Origin: a virus
Taxonomy: Duplodnaviria > Caudoviricetes
Virus record (IMG/VR): IMGVR_UViG_3300023179_000347
Location: 1-31,131 of that record
Direction: 5' to 3' (one strand)
Length of the DNA stretch: 31,131 nt
The notes below the pieces were generated by a model, which made no database searches, was not told the DNA's origin, and was given only the letters and a program-made list of their open reading frames with translations. How positions within the stretch are numbered: the stretch's first letter is position 1; the number at the start of each line of letters is the position of its first letter. Below are positions 17,252-25,100 of the stretch, piece after piece. Made by a program: the position numbers and the translations under genes.

Positions 17252-17898
17252 TGGGCATGATTAAGTTTAGGTCGCCCGCCCTTCCACTTCCTTGGAAAGA
17301 TTACAACCCTGACCAACAAAACCAACTTATTCGGGCGCTCAATATTTATTTCAGTCAACTGGATTCCACCACTCCATTACAAGCTGAATATTTTCGTGGG
17401 CGCGGTGACCAGTTGGTTCAACCATATGCAATGTTGATTAGCAGCGTTGACCAAGCAAGTGCTGGTATTACAAGTGAAAATCTGATTGAGTATGACCCTC
17501 CATCTATAACAAATGGCATCACGGTTGTAAACAATACAAAAATTTATGTACCTTATGCCGGTCAGTATTTGGTTACTTTTTCTCTTCAAGTAACAAATAG
17601 AGGCAATTCGGCTGGTGAATTTGAGGTTTGGGCAAAACGTGGAAATATTAATATTGAATCCAGTAATACACGTTTTGACATTGCGGCAAGAAAAAGCTCA
17701 ACAATTTGGTCACATATAGTTCCAACAATTACATTAATTTTTGATGTAACTGACCCAAATACTGAATATTTTCAGTTAGCTTGGTGGTCTGATAAAACAA
17801 CTGTATACCTTGAAAACTATGCCGCCGGGACAAGTCCTAGCAGACCGGCCATACCTTCTGTAATTTTTACAATCAATTTGATATCTGCCAACCCTTAA
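17251..17898 (+). CDS. Tail-associated structural protein (needle/plug-like position)
   Basis: PALPLP...YxxxQQNQLIRALNIYFSQLD N-terminus followed by a beta-sandwich-like C-terminus; lies directly after the nozzle gene. Confidence 0.55.
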   Translation: MGMIKFRSPALPLPWKDYNPDQQNQLIRALNIYFSQLDSTTPLQAEYFRGRGDQLVQPYAMLISSVDQASAGITSENLIEYDPPSITNGITVVNNTKIYVPYAGQYLVTFSLQVTNRGNSAGEFEVWAKRGNINIESSNTRFDIAARKSSTIWSHIVPTITLIFDVTDPNTEYFQLAWWSDKTTVYLENYAAGTSPSRPAIPSVIFTINLISANP

Positions 17899-17907
17899 CA
17901 GTATGAT
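17878..17907 (+). promoter_or_regulatory. Candidate sigma70-type promoter upstream of the ejection-protein cluster
   Basis: TTGATA (17878-17883), an 18-nt spacer, then TATGAT (17902-17907). It overlaps the largest intergenic gap of the + strand operon. Confidence 0.4.
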
Positions 17908-17934
17908 TATGCCAATTGTTCAGATGGTGCCACT

Positions 17935-19221
17935 ATGAGTCTTCAAAACCTTGCTAATTATTTAGCGGCCCACGGTCGCGGAAAAGACAAAATGCTAATG
18001 CACGTTACCCCGGCGGAAGTGGCTGGCTTGCAAAGCATTGCAATGGCTGCTGGTGGCAGTTTGTCTGTGAATCCTAATACTGGTCTTCCGGAAGCTGGTT
18101 TCTTTGACTTTATAGGGAATATGCTCCCAGAAATTATTGGAACCGCCGCCGGTGTTGCTACGGGCAATCCTTATGTTGGAGCCGCTGTTGCCGGTGCCGG
18201 TAAGACTGCTCAAACAGGCAATTTGATGTCTGGCGTTATGGCAGGGCTTAGTGCATATGGTATGCAGGGTCTTGGTCAGGGTATTGCAAATGCTGCCACC
18301 CCGGCTGCGGGTGCTACTGGCGCTGCCGGAGCCGGTACTGCTGCAACAACCGGTGCTGGAATTACTCCCGCCGCAGCGCAAAGCGCTTTAGGCCAAACCG
18401 CCGGAACAAGTGGATTTACAGGCGCTGGTTCTATTGGATTAAAAGCACCAGAACTTGCTCCGAGCGCTCTGTCTACTTCTGGCGCGCAAGTGGGCGGCGC
18501 GCTCCCCACGTTAGGTGATGTTGGTATTGGCTCAGTAGCAGGTCCAACGGAATTTGGCGGTAGTACACTTGGCACCATGTCGGCAAAAGCACCGCTGACT
18601 TTTGAAAACTTTAAAGCTGGCCTTCAAAATATTACGGGCGAAGGTGGCATCAAGGCTCTTCAAACCGGTCTTGGCGAAGCGGGCAAGCCGCTCACTGGCG
18701 GTCAACTTGCTGCTCGTGCTGCCATGCCACTTGCTCAGGTGGCTATGTCTGCCGCCGCACCAGAACCGTTTAAGCCTGAAGATAACTCAGGTCTGTGGGG
18801 CAAGTACACGCCCCTATCTGAATTCCGCAAGCGCTATCGCGGCTATGCTCAGGGCGGTGTTTTGGAACAAAACCCGATGATGCAAGACACCAGCCGTCAA
18901 GGTTTAAACCTTGATATGCGTGACCATCCGCTTCAGGAACCCATTAATAACAATGCCGGATATGCCAAGGGTGGCTATCTTGATGGTCCCGGCGATGGCA
19001 TGAGCGATGACATCCCGGCAACCATTGAAGGCAAGCAACCCGCTCGTCTGGCAGACGGTGAGTTTGTCATTCCGGCAGATGTCGTATCCCATCTTGGGAA
19101 TGGCTCTACAAAGGCTGGCGCAAAGCGTTTATACGAGATGATGGCTCGGGTTCGTAAGGCTAGAACCGGGAATGAAAAACAAGGCAAACAAATCAATCCC
19201 CATAGATTCGTACCGACATGA
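17935..19221 (+). CDS. Internal virion / DNA ejection protein with C-terminal YAKGG-SDDIPA-GEFV domain
   Basis: GRGKDKMLMHVTPAE...NPNTGLPEAGF N-terminus, a G/A-rich membrane-like segment, and GPGDGMSDDIPA...LADGEFVIPADVV. Confidence 0.75.
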   Translation: MSLQNLANYLAAHGRGKDKMLMHVTPAEVAGLQSIAMAAGGSLSVNPNTGLPEAGFFDFIGNMLPEIIGTAAGVATGNPYVGAAVAGAGKTAQTGNLMSGVMAGLSAYGMQGLGQGIANAATPAAGATGAAGAGTAATTGAGITPAAAQSALGQTAGTSGFTGAGSIGLKAPELAPSALSTSGAQVGGALPTLGDVGIGSVAGPTEFGGSTLGTMSAKAPLTFENFKAGLQNITGEGGIKALQTGLGEAGKPLTGGQLAARAAMPLAQVAMSAAAPEPFKPEDNSGLWGKYTPLSEFRKRYRGYAQGGVLEQNPMMQDTSRQGLNLDMRDHPLQEPINNNAGYAKGGYLDGPGDGMSDDIPATIEGKQPARLADGEFVIPADVVSHLGNGSTKAGAKRLYEMMARVRKARTGNEKQGKQINPHRFVPT

Positions 19222-19628
19222 AGGCACAACACGTTCCACAAACACACATTCATTTTGTGTGGCCGGATGTAAAGGAATATATTGAAAATGCTCTGAATTA
19301 CTGCGGTGGTGAATATACGGCAGAGCAATTAAAGGTTTTATTAGTAAGAGGTGAGCAACATCTATTGGTTGCGGTGGATAAAAATAATAAAATCAACGGA
19401 TGTGCAACTGTACAATTTATTGACTATCCAAATTTTCGGGTGGCATTTATCACAAGCATTGGTGGTAGGCTTATCTCAACGCCCGATACTTTTGAGGAAT
19501 TAATTAATTGGTGCAAATTTAACGGGGCAACTAAAATACAAGGCGCGGCTCGCGAGTCAATTGAAAGATTGTGGAAAAAGTTGTTTAAATTTGAGCGGCG
19601 TTATGCAATTGTGGAGAAAGACATATGA
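19218..19628 (+). CDS. Putative GNAT-fold protein (positional analogue of P22 gp14 / T7 gp13)
   Basis: 136 aa; alpha/beta pattern with AFITSIGG, GATKIQG and W-x-K-LF; located among the ejection genes. Confidence 0.5.
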   Translation: MKAQHVPQTHIHFVWPDVKEYIENALNYCGGEYTAEQLKVLLVRGEQHLLVAVDKNNKINGCATVQFIDYPNFRVAFITSIGGRLISTPDTFEELINWCKFNGATKIQGAARESIERLWKKLFKFERRYAIVEKDI

Positions 19629-20572
19629 GTGGCGGCGGCGGCGGAAATCAAACAGTTAGTCAGGTAACGATTCCAAAGGAGTTGATTCCTTACGTTAAGG
19701 AAAGCATTGAAAATGCTCAAAAGGCTGCTGCGCTTCCTTATGTCGGTTATTCGGGCGAAAGAATTGCCGATTTTACTCCGGAACAACTGGCCGTTCAACG
19801 CAGCGTAATGGGTTTAACCGCACCCGGAGAAATACAAGAAGGTGCACAGGGAACCCGTCAGGCCGGGCAAATGGCAATGAATACGGCAACCCGAGGGCTT
19901 GACCGTGCGCTTGGATTTACACCGGGTACATTTTCTGGTCGGACCGCTCAGTATTACATGAGTCCGTTTCAACAAGCCGTTACAGATTCCTCGCTTCGGG
20001 AAGCGCAACGAAGCTACGACATTGAGGCTCGCCGTGCCGCGCTCAGGTCTGGTGCGGGTGGCGCCGGTAGCAGCGCAGAAGCATTGATGCGCGCCGAAGG
20101 TGCACGCAATATTAATCAGCTTCGCTCTGATATTCAGGCCAAGGGTTCTCAGACCGCTTATGAAAATGCCCAATCTCAATTTGAGCGTGACCGTGCAGCT
20201 GCCGCTACTGCTGCTCAACTGTCTGGTCAGGTTGGTCAAACTGGTCTTGCGCAAACAACTGCTGCGGCAGGTCAAATGGCTGACATTGGTAGCGCCCGTC
20301 AAGCCGCTAATTTGCAACGTTTCCAAGCGCAAAAAACAATTGCAGATACGATTCAAAAGCGCGAACAAGACATCCTGTCGCTCAAGTACGAAGACTTTCT
20401 TCGTCAGCAAGGTTTCCCCAAGGAAACTGCCGCTTGGTATTCGTCGATTGTTCGTGGTCTTCCGATTGCAAATTCCGGTACCACAACAACCACCGGAAGC
20501 GGGTCAAATCAGTATGCACAAGGTCTTGGCGCATTGTTGACCTTGGCCGGTCAATCCAAACTGTTTGGGTGA
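19625..20572 (+). CDS. Internal virion / DNA transfer protein
   Basis: MSGGGGG start, YSGERIADFTPEQ and YMSPFQQAV motifs, A/Q-rich helical body, hydrophobic GLGALLTLAG C-terminus. Confidence 0.7.
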   Translation: MSGGGGGNQTVSQVTIPKELIPYVKESIENAQKAAALPYVGYSGERIADFTPEQLAVQRSVMGLTAPGEIQEGAQGTRQAGQMAMNTATRGLDRALGFTPGTFSGRTAQYYMSPFQQAVTDSSLREAQRSYDIEARRAALRSGAGGAGSSAEALMRAEGARNINQLRSDIQAKGSQTAYENAQSQFERDRAAAATAAQLSGQVGQTGLAQTTAAAGQMADIGSARQAANLQRFQAQKTIADTIQKREQDILSLKYEDFLRQQGFPKETAAWYSSIVRGLPIANSGTTTTTGSGSNQYAQGLGALLTLAGQSKLFG

Positions 20573-20575
20573 TGT

Positions 20576-22165
20576 ATGAACCTTCTTAAAGCGCAAGATT
20601 TATTAAAGGGTGTGCCTGACGCAAAACTGGCGGAACTGACAAACAATCCGCAGGGCGATATTCCGCCCTTTTTGGTTGCCGCAGAAGCCGCCAGACGTTC
20701 TAAGGTGCGTCAGGAATACAGCGCTAATATGCAGGGTAAGGCGCCTTCTTCCACTGTCATGGAAGACCTTATGAACAATCTTGGGCTTGCTAATTTAAAG
20801 CCGCCCGGCCAACAACAAGTTGCCATGCAAGCGCCGCAAATGCCAGCGGCCCCGCAGCAGCCCGTTCAAATGTATGACGGTGGCATTGTTGCCCTTGCTG
20901 AAGGCGGTATGCCTAGACAGGAAGATATTGAAAGTTATTTAAACCCAGAGGCAGGTGGTAGTGAGTCTGGCTTTGGCGCAAGCATTGCTCCATATATTCC
21001 GGGCCTTGAGGGCCGAGTTCGTGCTGGAGTTTTGGGTTCAGCAAATCCCAAACAGCCAACCATTTCTGGATATCAGATTGGGTATGAAGATGGAAAGAAC
21101 GCTGCGCTAGCTAGCATCATCCCAACTCCTATGGGAAATATTGCAAATGCAGAATATCGTCGTCAACTTGGCGATGACTCTGAAATTGCTTTGCGTGGCA
21201 GCTTAAGTCCATTTAAACAAATGGCATCAGATTTCCGTCAGGCTCCGCTATCGATTGAATACACAAAACGTTTTGCTGATGGTGGCATTGCATCCTTCGC
21301 CAGTGGCGGCGAATCTGATATGTACAAATATATGCCTGACTATGCCTCCAAAATTTCTATCCCGGATTTGCCGGGATTTGAAAGTTTTATGAGCCAAGTT
21401 CAAGGCAATTTTGGTGAAAGCGAACTTCCCAAATATCGCAAAGAAATTTCCGAAGAGCGCGAGCGTTTACAGAAAGAAGCGCCCACCGGGATTTCTAGTT
21501 TGTTAAAAAATATTGGTCAGGGTTTAGTTGCATCGAAGCAGCGCGGATTTGTTGGTGCTTTTTCAGAAGGCATTAGTGCTGGTATTTCTATGCAAGATGC
21601 AGCAGAACAAAAACATAAAGAAGCCATGCGTCAACTCCGCACTTCTGAAGTTGAGATTGCACAAAAAGAACGCGCTGAAAAGATGGGCCAATTTGGCCTT
21701 GCCAAGCAACTTGAAGACAGCGCTGTCAATCGCAGGAACTCAGCCATCACTCAAAGCCAACAAGCTGCTCAACTGGCGCTTACTGGTCGTCGTTATGAGG
21801 ATGAAGCCAAAGAAGCGGCGGCAAGGCTTCTGGTTGATAAAGAACGACTTGGAGTCGAACGGGAAAAAGTAGCGTTTGACAAATCACAACGTGGACAACT
21901 TACACCCAGAGATGTAATTGGTTTATCTACAGATATTTACGCAAGACTGAGTTCAGCAAGGGAAAACCTTGACAAACTTTACAAAGATGCATCAGAAAAC
22001 CCAAATCATTGGTATAGCCTTGAAAAAGAAAGAATCAATTCTTTACCAACTAACACAGAACGTCAGGTTGCTTTACAAAGATTACGTCAAGGATTAGAAA
22101 GAGATTATGGAATTACTGGGTTAAAATCCAGACTTCAATCGCTTGAATCAATGTTTTCTAAATAA
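20576..22165 (+). CDS. Internal virion / ejection protein with two paired xxxGG motifs
   Basis: 529 aa; contains MYDGGIVALAEGG and FADGGIASFASGG; coiled-coil C-terminal half. Confidence 0.75.
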   Translation: MNLLKAQDLLKGVPDAKLAELTNNPQGDIPPFLVAAEAARRSKVRQEYSANMQGKAPSSTVMEDLMNNLGLANLKPPGQQQVAMQAPQMPAAPQQPVQMYDGGIVALAEGGMPRQEDIESYLNPEAGGSESGFGASIAPYIPGLEGRVRAGVLGSANPKQPTISGYQIGYEDGKNAALASIIPTPMGNIANAEYRRQLGDDSEIALRGSLSPFKQMASDFRQAPLSIEYTKRFADGGIASFASGGESDMYKYMPDYASKISIPDLPGFESFMSQVQGNFGESELPKYRKEISEERERLQKEAPTGISSLLKNIGQGLVASKQRGFVGAFSEGISAGISMQDAAEQKHKEAMRQLRTSEVEIAQKERAEKMGQFGLAKQLEDSAVNRRNSAITQSQQAAQLALTGRRYEDEAKEAAARLLVDKERLGVEREKVAFDKSQRGQLTPRDVIGLSTDIYARLSSARENLDKLYKDASENPNHWYSLEKERINSLPTNTERQVALQRLRQGLERDYGITGLKSRLQSLESMFSK

Positions 22166-22167
22166 CT

Positions 22168-25100
22168 ATGCCCGTCAGTATTGACGTCCCCGGTCTTGGG
22201 CCGGTATCTATACCAGACAATGTCCCAGAGGGGCAGGTTGACTCATACATCAATGCTTTAGCAAAAAAGCGTGGGGTAGACATTGCTCCGCCGCCTCCTC
22301 CTGCGCCCAAGTCATACGGCATTGGCGCTGCCGCACAAGATATTGGCGTTAGTGCGCTTGGCCTTGTTCCAAGTGTGGTTGAAACGTTTGCGGAATTCAC
22401 TCCCACAGATAGGGCGCTTGCAGCTATTGGCGCTCAACGTGGCATTGCTGGATTAATGCCAGAAACAGAAATTGGCAAAGACATCAGCAAATATGGTGTT
22501 TTGCGCGGTACTGCAAAATCTTTGCGAGACCTTCAAAAAGATTTATACACAGAACAAGCCCAAGCAGCGCAAAAAGAATTCCAACAAAAACTGGCAGAAC
22601 AAGAAGGCATTGCCGGTCAGGCTGGCGTTGCGTTTAAAGAAACCCTTACAACCCCTGAACTTCTTACTTCGCAGCTTCCCGAGTCGCTGCTGTCGATGAT
22701 TGGCGGGCGTGGCATAGTCAAAGGTGCGGAAAAACTCATCAAGGGCGTTGCCCCCGAGTTTGTCAAAGAAGCCGGTGAAAAAGCCGTTGGCAAGGCAGCA
22801 GAAAAACTTGGTGCAGAACGTGTAGCCAAACTTAAAGAATTCACTGGTGGGCCTGAGACGCTTCGTACCGTTGCCGGTGGCGCTGCCTTGCAGGGCGCAA
22901 GCGTTGCAAACCAAAACTTTATTACAACGATGGATATGCCGCTGGAAAAACTGGCGGCAACTCCCGAGTATCAAGAAGCCATCGAATCAGGCATGACCCC
23001 GGATGAAGCGCGTTTAAGCGTTGCCCGAGGTGCAGCAAATGGTGCCCTTGCTCCTGCAACTGCTCTGTCAATTGTTGCGCAATATGCTGTTCCCGGCGGC
23101 TCGTCGTTTGAACGGCTTTTTGCTGGCGCTACGGAACGTACATTAGGTGCTCAAGGTGCGCTTCAGGTTGCTAAACAGATTGGCAAATCCACGCTCGGTG
23201 AAGCCGGTTCTGAAGCTCTGGAAGAGGGCGGTGGACAGTTTATTTCTAACATCTTTACTCCGGGTCAAGAAGACTTAACCCAAGGCGTTGGCGCTGCTGT
23301 TGGTGCAGCTGGTGCATTGGGCGCACTCATGGGTGGTGGTGCCGGTGGCATTAATGCACTTCAAGCAAGACGCGCACAACAAGTCATCGAAGAGCGTCAG
23401 GCTGAAGAAGAGCGTGCACGGCAAGAACTGGATGCGCGTATGCCTCCGGTTGAACAAATTCAACACCCTGAGCCTGCACAGATTGCTCCAGAACAGGTTC
23501 GTAGCACAGCGCAAGGATTGGTCACAAGTCTTCAGCCGGGTGCAACGTTTAATCTTAATGATATTGTCAATACCTCCGGGCTTGCTGGCGGTGACGCAGC
23601 CGCTGTAGCAAATGACCTTTTAAACAGGGGCGAAATTATCCGTGAACCGGGTGACGCCTTTAGTTTCCGCCGGGTAAATGATAACGAACGGGTAGTTCCA
23701 TTAGGCAACCCGGACCAAAGTTACGTTTATACGGTACCTACAACTCGTGCAGGTTCTGAGATAAATGATGGCTATACCGTTGAATCTTCAGCACTTGGTG
23801 TTGCTAGAGATGTAGCCAACCAAGAAGAAGCAGACAAACTTAAACAGTTGATGTTGGACCGGGCCGGGGAACAGGCCGCTGTCGTAGATGAGCAGATAAA
23901 CAATCTAATCGAACAAGAACGACAGGTTACCCGCACCATTGAAGAAGCAATGCTTCGACCTGAAATCACCAGAGAACAGCTTCAAGGTTTAACTGAATCT
24001 GGCACGCAAGCCAGCGAAAAGATTAAACAAGAGATTGCCAAGCTGGAAGAACAGAAAGCGGCAATTCTTGCCGAGCCTGTTGTTACTCCCATCAATCCCC
24101 GCGCAGAAAACGGCTATGAAGTGCGTTTACACACTCCGGGTGAAGCAGCACGCGTGCTTTCAGGCTTTGCCACCGAACAGGAAGCATATGATGCAATCAT
24201 CGACAACGCTTCTCCCGAACAAGAACGAAGCATTGTTGAAGACCCCGCATACGAAGGCGTTCGCAATCGCTTAGAAGAACGTGCCGCCCAACTTGAAGAA
24301 GCACCTTTAGAAGCACCTTTAGAAGTACCTTTAGAAGCACCCGAAGTAACTCCTGAGATGCAGGAAAAGGTCGAGCTGGTTAGCAATCGTATGCGTACTG
24401 TTCTTGACCAGATGGGTTTAAAGAACATTGGCCTAAATGTTCAACAGCGTCTTCAAGAAGCCGTAAACGGTAAATTAACTGCCGTGGATGGGTATTACCT
24501 CAACCGCGTAATTGCAGCCTCACTGGAAGGCTCTCGTGACGTTACATCCACTATTGGACACGAAACCATCCACGCCCTGCGTGAGCTTGGAATGTTCAGT
24601 GATAAAGAATGGAACATCCTTACCAAGAAGGCTAAGTCTGAATGGATTAAAAAGTACGACATTGAAAGTCGTTACGAAGGCGTAAACCTGAGCGACGAGA
24701 AGGTTATCGAGGAAGCTATCGCAGATGCCTTTGGTAACTGGCTTCAAGGCAATCTTGAGGAACGCGGTGTCGTTGCTGGATTGTTTAACCGCATAAAGCT
24801 GTTCTTACAGAAAGTTGGTGATGTCTTCCGGGGGCAGGGTTTCACCAATAGTGAAGATGTATTTAAACGTGCGCGTACCGGAAAACTTCAGGGTGAGCGT
24901 GCAGCTAAAGAAGGCGAAGGCGCACAATACGCAAAGGATATGGTTGGATTTGTTATGCCGTCTGGCATGGCAAAGTTAAAAGGAGCAGAAGATGTTCGAC
25001 AAGCCGGAGACGGAAGAGGACGGGGCGAGGGCAGCAGATTTGCGCCTCTTGAAGGCGCTACATCAGTCCGAGGTTTTCAAGGCCCAGACCCGCGCCTTGT

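Noticed and set aside
18043-18057. MAAGG as another xxGG tag (likewise YTAGG at about 6700)
   Set aside because: Both sit inside apparently conserved folded motifs (GGSLSVNPNTGLPE; GYTAGGNTL) and are likely coincidental, so they were not counted.
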